A DNA stretch of 64,000 nucleotides. Source: Vicugna vicugna (Eukaryota). This document shows positions 1 to 13,686 of the stretch, piece after piece. The stretch is from the NCBI GenBank assembly GCA_013265495.1, contig MU058384.1, positions 4,077,239 through 4,141,238 on the forward strand. Direction: 5' to 3'. The first letter of the stretch is position 1, and every line of letters begins with the position of its first letter. Both the position numbers and the translations under genes were made by a program. The notes beneath the pieces were generated by a model, which had not been told where the DNA came from, did not search any database, and saw only the letters and a program-made list of their open reading frames with translations.

Positions 1-595
1 ATTGCTGAGAAAGCATGGTAGGACAGGGAGAAGTGTAAATAATATTCCTTATCTTGTGCCTTAATTGCATAAATGAAAAAGGAAATCTGAAATGAAAGAA
101 AACATTAATACTTACAATTATGATTCTAATTAAGGTAGAGTTACATCACACATCATTCATCTAGCAAGACCATTTAATCATTACTTGGACACTGAAATGT
201 CTAAATTTGTTTATTTTAGGGTAATAAGAGAACAGTTCAGATAAACAAAGAAATATGTATGTATATGTACATATGCTAGAATATATGTTCTATTACGTAG
301 AATGGGAACTATTAACCAAGTTGCATATAACAGGAACAACTTGAGGTCAGGTTAATCTAATATTACTCTATTATAAGTGTTGATGTGGATTAATATTGCT
401 GTGGAAAGAAGGTGGTCTTTACAGCCAGATGGACCTTAGATAAAATCTTAGTTTCCATGTTGACTTTTGGCAAGGTATCCTACCTCTCCAAGCTTTAACT
501 TCCTTATTGTTAAAATTGGGACTACATATTGAATGTTATATTGTCAGTTCTGCTATAATGAAACATATGTTTTCATAAAAAATCAATGTGCTAGG

Positions 596-2000
596 GCCCA
601 GAAATAAACTGATAGACCTACAATCAATTAATCTTTGGCAAAGGAGGCAAGAACATACAATGGAGAAAGGACAGTCTCTTCAGTAAGTGGTGTTGGGAAA
701 GCTAGACAGCGGCATACAAATCAATGAAGTTAGAGCACTCCTTCACACCATATACAAAAATAAACTCAAAATGGCTTAAAGACTTAAATATAAGACATGA
801 CACCATAAAACTCCTTGAAGAGAACATAGGCAAAACATTCTTTGATATAAATTGTAGCAATGTTTTCCTAAGACAGTCTCCCAAGGCAAAAGAGATAAAA
901 GCAAAAATAAACAAATGGGACCTAATCAGACTTACAAGCTTTTGCACAGCAAAGGAAACCATCAACAAAACAAAAAGACAACCTATGAACTGGGAGAGAA
1001 TATTGGCAAATGATGAGATGGACAAGGGCCTAATTTCCAAAACAAACAGCTCATACAACTCAATAACAACAACAACAACAACAAATTGAAAAATGGGCAG
1101 AAGACATGGACATTTCTCTAAAGAAGACATCCAAATGGCCAATAGGCACATGAAAAGATGCTTGACATCACAAAATACTAGAGATATGCAAATCAAAACT
1201 ACAATGAGGTATAACCTTGCACGGGTCAGAATAGCCATCATCAAAACGCCTACAAAAAATAAATGCTAGAGAGGGTGTGGAGGAAACCCTCCTACACTGT
1301 TGGTGGGAATGTAAATTGGTACAGCTGCTATGGGAAAAAGTATAGATGTTTCTTAAAAAACTAAAAATAGAGTTAACATATGATCTAGCAATATGGGCAT
1401 ATATCAAGAGAAAACTCTAACTCGAAAAAGTACATGCGCTTCACTTTAATGTTCACAGCAGCACTGTTTACAATAGACAAGACATGGAAGCAACCTAAGT
1501 GTCCACTGATAGATGAATGGATAAAGAAATTGTAGTATATATATATATACACAATGGAATATTTCTTAGCCATAAAAAGATGAAATAATGCCATTTGCAG
1601 CAATATGGATGGACCTAGAGATTATCATACTAAGTGAAGTTAAGTCAGATAGAGAAAAACAAATTTCATATGATATCATTTATGTATAGAATCTAAAAAA
1701 TTGATACAAATGAACTTATTTACAAAACAGAAACAGGCTCACAGACATAGAAAACAAACGTATGGTTATCAAAGGGGAAGGAGAGGGGAAGGATAAATTA
1801 GGAGTTTGGGATTAATAGATACACACAACTATATATAAAATAGACAACAAAGACTTACTGTATAGTACACAGAACTATATTCAATATAATAATCTATAAT
1901 GGAGAAGAATCTGAAATAAATATGTAACTGAATTATTTTGCTGTTTCAGGTGAAACTAACATAACATTGTAAGTCAACTATACTGCAATTAAAAAATTTT
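596..2000 (+). mobile_element. 5'-truncated LINE-1 (ORF2 C-terminal remnant plus 3' UTR)
   Basis: ORF 724-1089 reads as L1 ORF2 ([17 protein letters not shown]...[20 protein letters not shown]) with frameshifts. There is an A-rich tail near 1990 and a perfect flanking direct repeat taaaaaatcaatgtgctagg at 576-595 and 2001-2020. Confidence 0.95.
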
Positions 2001-2494
2001 TAAAAAATCAATGTGCTAGGCAAAATCACAATAAAAACCATAGGGCTTTGGGGGAAAATAGGTTTGGGGTATAATACTACAAAACTTCATCAGTTACACA
2101 TAAAAAAAAAAGGAACCTAACAAAAATGGTAGCAGGGTTTTACACACGTGGTTAAGAAATACATAAATACTACAATAAGGTTGTATTTTATATTAAAAAT
2201 ACCTGAGGTTTACTGGTATAAGTGAGTATCAGGAGGGTTATGAGTTGTTGTGAAGTGATAGAGGAGAGTAATCTGAAATCAGAAGGAAAGTTGTAACATG
2301 AGAGGTAGATGGGTGTGCGCTGAAGTAGCTGGTAGGTGTTGGTGGTGTTTGTATGTTTCAGTTTCCTCCCCAGCTCAGTTCAGCGGGTTGCAGTTACTGC
2401 ATTCATTTAGTGATTTCTGCAGACGAAAATGCCCAGAAGCATATTCTGCCCTTGTCTTTTTGACCTCACACACTGAAGCACTTGTTTCTCTTGG

Positions 2495-2985
2495 TCTGGT
2501 AGTCATCCTCCAAGATGGTCTGCAATGATCTCCATCTCCTGGTATTCACACATTTTTGTAGTCCACTTTCACACTGCAGCAAGGGTTAGTCTGGTTAACC
2601 AATAAAATACAGCAGAGTGATGATGGGTGTCACTTCTGAGATTAGCTTAGAAAAGACTGCAGCTTCTGTCTTGAGCTCTCCCTTTCTCCCATCATTAACT
2701 CTGTGGGAAGCCAGCAATATGTCTGGTGATACTCAGGCATCCTATGGAGAGGTACACATGATGAGGAACTGAGGTGTCCTGCCAACATCCACATGAGTGA
2801 TGGTGGAATCCCCAGACTTTAGATGACTGCAGTCTCAGTTGACAGCTTGACTGCAACTTCATGAGACCCTAAGGCAGAGCCACCCAGATAACCCCTCTCA
2901 GAATCCTGACCTGCAGAAATTGTGAAATAATAAATGTTTGTTGTTTTAAGCTGCTAAGTTTTGTTACACAGTAATAGAGAATAAA
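2495..2985 (+). mobile_element. MaLR (MLT1-type) solo LTR
   Basis: Typical MLT1 motifs: aagatgg...ctcctggtattcac, gaggaactgagg, and the end aataaatgtttgttgttttaagctgctaagtt...gttacacagtaataga. Subfamily not resolved. Confidence 0.75.
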
Positions 2986-2989
2986 CTTG

Positions 2990-4156
2990 ATTTCACTTAT
3001 TTCCTATCTCACTGGCTGTTCTTTCTTAGTCTCCTTTATTGGTTCCTCCTCCTTTTTTAAGAAATCTCTAAATGTTGGGACTCTTTGATGTTTAGTTGTG
3101 GGTCATCTCTTGTCTTTCTATACCTGTCATCCTATGAGTTTAAGTATCCTCTTTGTAGTTTATCTCCAAGTCGGAACTCTCCTTTGAACTGCAGACCCAC
3201 ATATTTGACTTCATACCCTGCCTCTCTACTGGGATGTTGCACATACCTCTCAAACCTAACATATTAAAAATGGAATTCCTAATTTCCTTTCCTTCTCCCA
3301 ACCTGTTCATTCTTTTCTTCCCTATCATTCTCATCAATCTTCCCAATTATCATAACAATATCAAAATCCAGTGAATCAAGGCCAAAACCTAAGTAGCAAC
3401 ACTATTTCCTTTCATTAAATCCCTAACCCAATCAATCGGCAAGTCCTGTCAATCCATTGCCAAAGTATATTTACAATTATTTACATTTTCCTTTTCCCAC
3501 AACAATCATTGTTACCTCACCTAAGCTACTAACACAGCCTCCTAACTGGTCTCCCTACCCACCGTCAATCCATTTCTCAGAGACAGCAGCTTGAATGTTC
3601 TTTTTCAAATAGATCATGTCATACCTCTGATTACAATCTTTCAATAACTTTCCACTGCAGTTGGAATGAAACCTAAACCACTTATGTAGTTCGCAGGCTT
3701 TGCATGACCTGCACTTACCTCTTTGTCCTCACCTTGAAGTACCTTCCTCCTGATTCATTATGCTCACTACCCTTCTTTCTATTCCAGAAACATAAGATCT
3801 TTTCTGCTCCTGGGAGTTTGAACAGGTCAGTCTCTACCCAGAAATGTTCTTCCTCCTATTTTTTCTACTCTTTATCTTTTAGTTCTTCCCTTAAATCTCA
3901 TCTTCTTATGAGGACTTTCCTGGTGAAGCACTCTCTCTAAAGGAAGTCTCCCGCTCTTATTTTCTGCCACCTCCTTATCAGAACCAGACTTTGTGTTCTG
4001 TTAACCTGTGTTCTGTGTCTTCCTCACTAGAGTGGCAGCCTCCTTGAGAGCAGTGTCAATGTTATCCTTTATCACTGCTCTGTCCCAAGTACCTGGCTCA
4101 GTACCTGAATACTGAACATACTTCATATGTTTTTGTTAAATGAATGAATGAATGAA
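2990..4156 (+). mobile_element. Degenerate LINE-2 3' portion
   Basis: Pyrimidine-rich L2-like sequence (cctcctaactggtctccct, gatcatgtca) ending in a (tgaa)n tail at 4141-4156. Confidence 0.75.
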
Positions 4157-7100
4157 AAAGTGGTGAAATCCTACCAATTCTTTAAAATTTTTCCCCATTG
4201 GCAGTCTTCCTATGAAGTTGTTTTTTGTTCGTTTGTTTCCTCTGTTTTGGGAGTTATACTCTATCTGCTAGATCTTGAATTCTAACCGAGAAGCAGCAAT
4301 GATGTCTCATTCCTATGATATCTGGAATATTATGGGTACCTAATAAATCAGTGGTTCTCAGACTTTAATGTATGTGCCTGTCCTCACAGATTCTGCTTTA
4401 ATAAGTGTGAAGGGGGTTCAGTAAGTGTGTGTAGTAGTTTATTTTTAAAATAAGCAACCCAGATTATTCTCATGAGATGAATCTTATATATTACACTTTG
4501 AGGAAAACCAGTACTGCTTATCAATATCTGTGGTGGCTCCTTCTCTACATCAGGCTTAATTTTTAGTTCTTTCAAAATAAATAATGAGGCTGAAATGTCA
4601 ACACCCCAAGAAATCTGGAGAGCAAAGGGTTACTGTCTCCCTCTCCCAATGTGGTATTTCACCACTTTTGGAAATCACCAAATTTTTTGAGCCCTTTCCC
4701 TATGTAGTTTAGCCCTTTGCTTGTGAGATAAATTGTTTTGTTTTGTTTCATAATTGTGTGGTAGAACTGAGAGCTTAGAGTTTTTAGGGGACAGGCACAG
4801 AGATATTTGTTTGCAATTGCAAAACCACTTTAAAAGAGGGAACTGCTCTGTTCTTTTATAACCTTTCTCAAGGAAGAAATGACTTTTGGTGACAAATCTA
4901 ATCATAATTCTATCACCTCATTCTAAGTGCACTTTCCTCTCTACTCTTTAGTAGTTACATTAAATAACCAGCTGGCATAATTTTGGGGCAAAGAATTCTT
5001 ATGAAAACTTCAAAAGTATTACATGTTCCATTTGTTGCAATAATCTTTGTGAAAAAGATGCACATTAATCTTAGTGGGACTTAGAAACAATGATTAACAG
5101 TCACATTTTGATATTTTAATTTTTTTTTCAAATTGGAAAGATGAATATTAAGGACCAATACCTTAATGAATAATTCTTGAATAAATAAGGTAAGTAATTT
5201 TAAACCTTGGGAGGGGAAAAAAATCCGTGCACATTCTTAGCAGGCAAAAGAGGATAGACAGAGTGGGGAAAAAACCCAGTCAACTTGTGTTGACCAGTAG
5301 GATATGAAGTAGATTAGGTAAGGGGAACCATTTATTTCAATAGTACAGACATGGAAAAATGGCAGACCATTTGGGAAAATGTCCTCATAAATAGAAACTT
5401 CCTTTACTCAGAGACATGGAGTTCAGGGTTCTTTTTTATGAGCAATAGAAACCAACTCCGGATTAACTCACCCAGAAAAGAAATTTACTGAAAGACATCA
5501 GATAGCTCAAAGTATCAATGCATATTTTAGACAATTTTTTAAAAAAAGGAATCAATGCAAAGCCTGGGGAAGAATGGGAACAGAGGAGGCTGCAGAAACA
5601 ATAGCCAATGACCTGCACCCAAACAGTCTGCTTAGGGACTCTCTGTCGGCCTCATTTCCTCTCACTACTTCTCACTGCTTCTCACTACTATTGTTGGGTT
5701 TCCAGTGTCACTATTCTCAGTAAGTGGGAAGAGGAGGACTCCAAATCCCACCTCAACTTTAATTTCCCCAGACAAGAAAACAGTTCAGATGCTGTTCAGC
5801 CAAACAGTTCAGCCAAAACAGTTCGGATGTTGTTCAGACTAACAAAAAACAAACAAAACCAGCAGAATGAGGGAGTTTGCCTTAGTGGTGGAGCCTTCCA
5901 AATCCACTTCCATTCCTGTCTTCTTTGTCCTTTTCAGATATCAAGTCTTTTCCTCTGTTTCAATTATCTTAAACAAGCCAAAACCAAAAGTCTAAGGAGT
6001 TTTATAAACATATTTACAGTAAACTGTCAATAATCTATAAGTTAAAATTAGTTTACCAAGTTATTAGATGTAAAATATTTCAGTATTCCTTTTGAATGCC
6101 TTTATCTCATTAGTAAGGTTGGTCATTTGTTTACAATTTACATTTCTTCTTGGGACAATTTTCTATTTTAATCCAATGTCCTTTGGTTAAATGGGCACCT
6201 GATACTTCCCCTATGTTCTTTTGCACGTTATTTGTATTTTCAACAGGAAACAAAATTTTCCTTGCAAAGAATAGAACTGTAATGGTGGAATTTCAGATTT
6301 TGAAAGTAAAATAAGATAATACAGTAAAGTACATAAAACATGATCTAAATTCAAGATCCTTCCATTTTGGAGGTAGGTGAAAGCAAGTGTATATCAAATG
6401 GGACTAATTCAAGAGAAGTCTGGACTGCTTTTAATTTATTAAACTATTTGTTCCAATGTGTCTCCTTCTTTATTACCTCAGGCTATTTAAAAGCATAGCA
6501 TACTGTGCTTATACCGCCTCAGACAGAAAGGTGACTTTGTTTTCAATACATTTGCTATAGAACTGCAGAGAAAGGCTTAAAATATTATCCTAGCTTGCAA
6601 AGCACTCCTGTCAGATTTTGGTGTATTTTGAAAAACTGGTTAAGGGCTTTTAGCCCTGAGGAGTATCCCCCTCCCTCCCCTTAAGGGCAGAATAGTATAG
6701 TTATAATGAGCAATCAATGGTTACTTTTTTTTTTCTTTTAATATAGTTTATCCATTCAACAAATATTTACTGAGCACCTGCTAAATGCTTGGGACTTATT
6801 AGTGCAACACATAAGCCAAAAATTACTGCTTTCACATGGTATGCTGACGGTGGTGGTGGTGGAATAAGGCGCAGGCTGGACTATAAGAGAAAACTGAGAA
6901 TTCACCCCATGAAAATTGAGGTGTTTTTTTTTTTAGTTGAGCCGGTAAATTGGATTGTGAGAGAATGCCCTACAGCAGTGTTAAACTCACCACTTGGGCC
7001 CAATACCGGACTGCATTTAACTAACAGAAGACTGGTTGCTAATTACAGCTTTGAATTCTTTGAAGGCAGTTTACGTCCCTAAACATCAAAGTATAACGAT

Positions 7101-7329
7101 TTCAGGCCTTAAGTTATTAAGCGAAGCTCAGATAAGTATTAATAGGAAATGTGCTATGGCTCTTATTTGAAATTCTATCCAAATCAAAGGTAGCTTGCCA
7201 TAAATAGGCAACCTGATTTGTTTTTGGCAGATCAAATTGTGTTCTGGACCGGCACCACCGTTCACTAAGCTTCGTGCTCTGCTTTATTTTTACGCTCATG
7301 CCAAGGTTCCCAGGTGCCTAAGTGGTTAT

Positions 7330-9010
7330 GTTTTAGCAGCGTCGGAGGAAAAGCAGCATCCTCTGACGCAAACCGCCGAGACGGCCTAAGCCGCTTCGGA
7401 GTACTGCGGCGTCAACTCCGACAGGGGTACTAGAGTTGGTCTGACGCCACTCAGGAAAGGGACTTAGACTGACCATTTTTACTTTCTAAATGCGTATTTT
7501 CTGTTAAAGCAAAAGCCTCACTCCCTAGTTTCCCGTTGGCGTCGGAGAAGAAACTCAGCGCTTCCCGGCACAGGGAGACGCGGTATGCGAACAGTGCCGC
7601 CGCTTGCCTCCGCGACTTTTCCTCAGCGTGAGATCGTCTTTTTGTTTCTGACCTGGTCTGAGCTGGCCCCACAAGAAAAATGGACCAGACAAGCAAAAAG
7701 TGCTGGCGATAGAGAAATCGGGAGGTCCCCTCAATGCGAGGCAGAGACGCCAGCACATCACACCCTGTGGACAGACGATCTCTCGGCCTAGCAAAACACA
7801 CCGCCCACTGTCTACCGCCACCCTGGCGGAGGCGGCTGCTAAAGGCCCGAAGGCGGGGCCGCCAGATCTTCGCGCGAGACCAGCCACGCGACTTCCCAGA
7901 AAGCCTCAGGCAATATCTTAATAGCGGCCAGGGAGCCGGTTAGGGGCGGAGAGGTGGGCGGGGCTTGCCCTGATATTTAGCGGCACCGGAGGCCACGCCC
8001 CAAATCGGAAGTGACGGAGGGGAGCTAGCGCGTCGAAGATACCTCTATGGTTTTCCTCCCGTGCTTGAGTCGGGAAATGGCCGCTGTATAGTTACAACGG
8101 AGATAAGTCCCGGGAACCGTGCTTCGGCCTGTCAGGTAGGCCTTACGTTGCACTCAGATGGCTCAAAGGGCAGTGAATGTCGAGGAGGAGCGAATATTGT
8201 TGAATCTTTTGTTGGTAGTTATGGGTTGGCGGCGACAGGAGAACCGGGAGACGTTGCGCCGTTATTTATGCGTTTCTTCGTCAGCTTCCCTCAGGTTTTC
8301 GAGGCACTACAGGCCGAAAAGGTGGGGGCTGGGGTGCGTAGCGAGAACGGTGCGCGCGCGCGCGGCTGCGAGCTTGGCTGGAGACCCACGGACCGCGCGG
8401 CCTTCCCCTGCGCCTGCGCACACCTCCCTCTTCAACCCTTCCCCCATTTCCTCGGCCTGGACCCCTGCGCGCGCCCGACCAAACGCTCGGTCCGCGCACG
8501 CGCGCTGCTTCCTCTCCCTTCCCCGCCTACGGCTCCCGAGGCGGCGGGAGGTGCAACTTGTGTTCGCTGCTCATTGGCTGGAATCACCAGCTTTCTTCCT
8601 GGCTTCTGGGGTTTTGGTAAAGTAACTGTGACCTGTAGCAAAGAGCATTGGGTAGGTTAACCCCTTTTCGCGTCGTATTTAAGTTACTTTTCCCAGGCTA
8701 CAAGCTCTGTGTACGCCTTATTTTTGTTACCCTACTTTGTCTTAGGATCTTGTTCTGCTGTCTCGTAACTGATCCCGGCCTTCGGTGTTGTGGGGAAATT
8801 TTCATCGGGGTTGATCTAATCGGGTTCCCCTGGCAACTCTGTTTTGAAGCGAAAGTGCGCTCTTAACTCCGGGAGTTGGTGCCTAGTTACTGTTTCCTAG
8901 CTTGGCAGCGGTCTTGAGCCGATGGATCGAAGAATGGTTCTGCCACCCTCGGGCCTAAAGGGCAGTTCTCCAGTAGTACAAGCGAAGCCACGTCCTTTCC
9001 GCGAGTGATT
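7330..9010 (+). promoter_or_regulatory. BCLAF1: CpG-island promoter of BCLAF1
   Basis: GC/CpG-rich block in AT-rich surroundings. It contains a ZNF143-like ttcccagaaagcctc (7893-7907), GC boxes (~7943-7963), ETS-CRE composite CGGAAGTGACG (8006-8016) and YY1-like aaatggccgc (8075-8084). Confidence 0.88.
8040..8135 (+). other. BCLAF1: BCLAF1 exon 1 (5' UTR; start approximate)
   Basis: Donor CAG|gtaggc at 8135/8136 just downstream of the core promoter motifs. The TSS is not determinable from sequence. Confidence 0.65.
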
Positions 9011-11529
9011 CAGCCCAGCGTATAGGATCAGAAATGTCACAGCCGTGATTGGTACAGTTGGTGGTATGAATGGGTGAGAGTGGTGAGTTGAGATAAGGGA
9101 CTTGACTTTCATTTTAAATCCATAATTGGCTTTGTTTACTTTTAAGATTTATCTCTTAAAATCAGAATTAGCAGCAGTACTGGCAACTACTTTTGCATAC
9201 AAAACTTTAAAAAAAACATTTTAGAATTGAAAAAAGTTATGACTAAAGTTGGAGGCAAATACGATAAAAAAAATAATGTAAAGAGATTTGCTACTTGGGA
9301 CTTGTATCTTTGTCCAGGAACTCCTTTTACTTTTTTTTGGTATTAAAAAGCAAAACAAAATTTCTTTATAAGAATTCTCATTCCAATTGGACTGTCTTGG
9401 GATTGTTAGGCTGCTGTTTGGACAATAAAGAACTACATAGGAGAAACCGCTACCAATTTATTTACCCTTTTATGTGGTCCTAGCCAATTTGGGATAACTA
9501 ATTGATGGGAAGGACTGTGTGTCTAAAGTAACTGATGGTGAACAACTTAAAGCCTATGTAATGATGGCGTTAGCATCTTGTTTTGAGAATACCCTACTTT
9601 CGTTGTTATATTGTGGTAAACCGGAATCCGCCTAGATTCAGATAATTAAAATGGTGGCAAAGCAAATTCTTTGGCGAGATCTGAGTCTTGATTTGGAAGA
9701 ACAATCGTATTTTAAGACTTGAAGACAGGGGTGTTAAAAGCTTCGTACTTTGTAGGCTCAGGTCTTGTTGAGTTTTTATACGTTGAGTTTTACATGACTG
9801 TGGTCAGCTAGCTGTACTAGCTATGTGATGAGACTTGTCGAAATGGAGAAATTCTTTTCAGTTGTACGTAGAGCTTTGGATTGGGAGTTTCCAGAAGCTG
9901 CGTTCAAAATCATTGAACACTAGCTGAATTCTGTGTAATTTGCAGTGATTTATTAAATAACAGAAGTAGATAAGGGACTCAAGAAGTCCAGTTTTTCTCT
10001 AGGTACTAAGTGTAAATGTTTAGGTTATAGTTGTAGGTTATGAATTTGTTCATTTTTGAGCTGCAGCTTCTTAAACAATGGCCATTATTGTTATCTCAGA
10101 GTCTTAAGCATTTAATATTTTATTTGTACCCCAGGACTGGGGGGAAAAACCCAATCTACAGACATTAATGTGATAATATTACAGACCTGCATTTGTGTAT
10201 TATTTTGGAATTCTCAAAACTTTTAATTTTTACTTGAGCTAGTATTTCTCCACCTACTAGGTGGAGGCTAAAAGTTAGAATACTTTTTAAGGCCGCATGA
10301 AGCAGGAAGAGGCACAGCCTGTCTAGAATGCAGCTATTCTTTTTGTCAGTTCTGTGCGTCTTTTTTTTTTTAACAGGATGACAGGGAGCTAGATACAACT
10401 AAAAATTTGACTAAACCTTTTTTAAAGCCTTTATTTAGAGAAATTTTCAAGCACAGAACTAACGAGAATAATGCACTCTGTTATCTTCTAGGTTTAATCA
10501 TTAATCAACATTTACCAATTTTAATATTATTTGCTTTTTTGTGGAGTGTTCTAGAGCAAAATTCCAGTCATTTTATTAAGCATTTCTTGAAAGACTTTTT
10601 TTATAATGCTGATTAATGCCATATCAAAATTATTAAACTTACAAGATTCATTCAAAGCTGAATTACTAGATGAACTACAGGAAAGACTCGTGGACCAGAT
10701 TTACCAATAATGATAGCTAATGTTTGAGTACATACCATGTGCCAGACCTTAAGCTATTTACATTCATTAGTTTAGTTCATTTAATCTTAAACCTATATGT
10801 AAGTGCTTTTATTACCCTTATATTATACCTGTTGAAACTGAACCTGAAAGAGATGAAGGTAATTTGTCCATGTCAACTAGTTAACAGTCAAGCCAGGATT
10901 TTGAACCTAGTCTATTGGAGTAATAGTCATGGAATAAGTTTAGGATTATTAAAGATGTGAATAGCAATAACTTGTTTACAGTTATCTGGAGCTCAAATTC
11001 CCCAAAATATGCTAAAATTAAGACTTGGCTCAACTGTGCTTGGTAGGGTAACCTAAAGAATCTACTTTAGGGGGCTTCATCTTGTATATTTTATTGAACC
11101 CGGTTGTCCTTGCTCTTTTCATCACTTGTGTTCTAGTTGAACATTATGTTATTCCATAAATGATAGGCTCTGTTATTTAAGAACTTTTTTTTAAATAAAG
11201 ACATTTATCTTCTTGTATTCCTCACTGGTTGGTGAATCAGTTGGATAAAGATGCATGAAGCAATTTATTCCCTATCTCTTTATACAGTCTGTTTATAATC
11301 TTGGTTGTAATAAAGGGAAGATTGATTTCTCATTTTGAATTGCATATATAGGTTATGGCCACATCAGGCATTTATCATGGTATTGGAGAAGAGAGCACAG
11401 GAGTTGGGATCAGGAGATCTTGGTCAAATTGTGGGTTAACTCTTTACCCTCTATGACCATGGGCAACCTAAAAGGGCAAACAAATCTTTCGGTTTTCTCC
11501 TCTAAACATGCAAGTCTCCCAGATGCTTG

Positions 11530-12260
11530 AGTCCAAAACTTAGAATTTCGGGGCACTATTGATTTGTCTTTTTTTCTTACTTCCTGTGCTCCACACCACT
11601 AACAATTAATGAGCAAGTACTGTTGACTGTGTACTTCCAAACAGATTCTGAATTTGCCTCTTTTTCCACCTTTATTGCTACTACCTTATCCAGCCAACCG
11701 TTAACATTGAATTTCAGCCTTCTAATTTGTCTCCCTGTTGGTCTCTCCATGTTCATGCTCGCTCTACACAGCACCTGTCTTAAAATGTAAATATATGGTG
11801 ACTACAGATCAGACCTTCCAGGGCCTTCTAATTGCAGTTAGAATAAAATCTAGACTCTTTACTCTGGCCTACTTAATAGATGCGGTTTGATTTGGTTCAT
11901 TCCTGTGTCATACGCTCTCCCTGATCACAGTGCCTCAACCTTCTCACTGGTCTTTTTGTCCTGAATTTGCTACATTTACGTTCTTTGCCTGGAATGCTTT
12001 TCTTTCCATGGATCTTTGCAGTGTTCCTCATTTCTAGCTTAAATATTATCTCTGTAAAGAGGGCCAAGGACCCACTTTAGTCTTCCCTTCCATCTCTTAA
12101 TACATCACCTTGTGTTTTTTTGTTTTCTCTCTTCCCCTAGCTTGTACATAAGCTCCAGGAGAGTAGGGAACTTAATGTCTCACTTAAAATGCTGTATTTT
12201 CAATACTAGAATAATAGTGCCTGGAATGTGTTGGTACCTTATAAATTGGTATGAATTCTG
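11530..12260 (+). mobile_element. LINE-2 fragment in BCLAF1 intron 1
   Basis: L2-like motifs (agaataaaatc, tttgcctggaatgcttt, taagctccaggagagtaggga, agtgcctggaatg). Confidence 0.65.
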
Positions 12261-13583
12261 AAAGTTTAGAGTTCTCTTCATTTGAAAAATGGGGTTAAAT
12301 ATGTGGCTCATGAGATTAGGAGGATTAAATGAGGTGATTTTATTTAAAGTCACCTAGCACAGTTCTTGGCACATGCATGGTTGGTGTTTATTTAGATGTT
12401 TAAATCATAATGATTTGTTAATTTCTGTTCCTCTAGTTTCTTTGGAGGGCAGGAACTTTTACATAGTCATGTGTCCCATAACACTTAGCACAGTGCTTTA
12501 TACATACTTATATATACATGTTTTTGCTACTTTTTACTTTGATAAGTTTCCCTTAATTACTACGTTCCTATTCATCCTTCCAATCTTGAACCTCAAATCT
12601 CTTAATCTCAGCTGTAGGGCCATGGGTATTGAGGGGACATGGTCTTGATTCACTAGTTTAATCTTATTTCTTCTACTTTGTATTTCCATTTTTAATTACT
12701 TTTTTTCATTGAATCAATAACTTGGTAAGATTCATAGATTTTCATGTTAAGCTGGTTTGTGAATTCTTTGAGTATAGGCATGTTTCAGTTTTGTATTGTT
12801 TAGTTTCTGCTCCACTAGTATTTTTTTTGACTGTCTTTTGTACATAATTGATAATCACTGAATGTTATTCATGAGGCTAAGCTTTTCAGTAAATACTGAA
12901 ACAGCTTAATACTTTGTGCAAAATTTAAACTTATTTGCATAGTAATGGTAAATTAGTTTAGGAAGAGCATTGGCTTCCAGTAGATACTTATTTCCCTTAC
13001 TGGTGGTTCTTTTTTTGGAATGTCTATACAAGTATCAAAATGCTTTTAAGCCCAAAGCTTAGATTTACTGTCATGGCTGTTAAGTGAATTTTAAAAATCC
13101 GTTTCAAATGAAACTGAACTATATAAAAGGAAGTGGCCAGGAGAGAAAAAAAATAAAAGCATTAAAATAAACTCATACTTCAGATGAGGTATAAACTATA
13201 ACATTATGAATTTACTAACCATTGATACATGATATGTTGTGATGTACCAAAATGACATTATGCTAGCCACTTAAGAATTTTCTGAGATGACAGCATAACT
13301 TGTTTTTATTATAAAGCCCAAATTGCTAAAGTTAGAATTCAGATATTTAAACTAAAAAGTAAAGGTGCTTTAGTTTCATAATGCACTGCTGCATTCTGAT
13401 TAAAACAAAAAAAGTTTTAAGTTCCTTTAAGCTTTTATGATTAAAAATTTATTTCCCAAATCAGTGTCCTGTTCTCTGAAATCATTAGTGCCTTCATTAA
13501 GTTTGTTGCAGTGCTGAGTATGATGCACTGTAAACAGTGGATATTTAATTTACCATAATTCAAACTTTTCTTTTTTTTGCTAG

Positions 13584-13686
13584 GAATTTGAATTTAGAGT
13601 TTAATTTCTCAGAACATTCTCTCCAGGAAGAATTTTACAGTATCTCAAAGACTTCACTTGACTGCTTGATCCTGCTTAAACCCAAG
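13584..13686 (+). other. BCLAF1: BCLAF1 exon 2 (5' UTR, 103 nt)
   Basis: Acceptor ttttcttttttttgctag| and donor AAG|gtaaat. The sequence resembles the BCLAF1 5' UTR as I recall it. Confidence 0.8.

Noticed and set aside
702..1244. 180-aa hydrophobic minus-strand ORF (similar ones at 49081-49503 and 49565-49846)
   Set aside because: Antisense reading of L1 ORF2, a common artefact.
7451..8660. Cluster of overlapping 70-199 aa ORFs
   Set aside because: Expected in a GC-rich CpG island with few stops. No recognisable protein.
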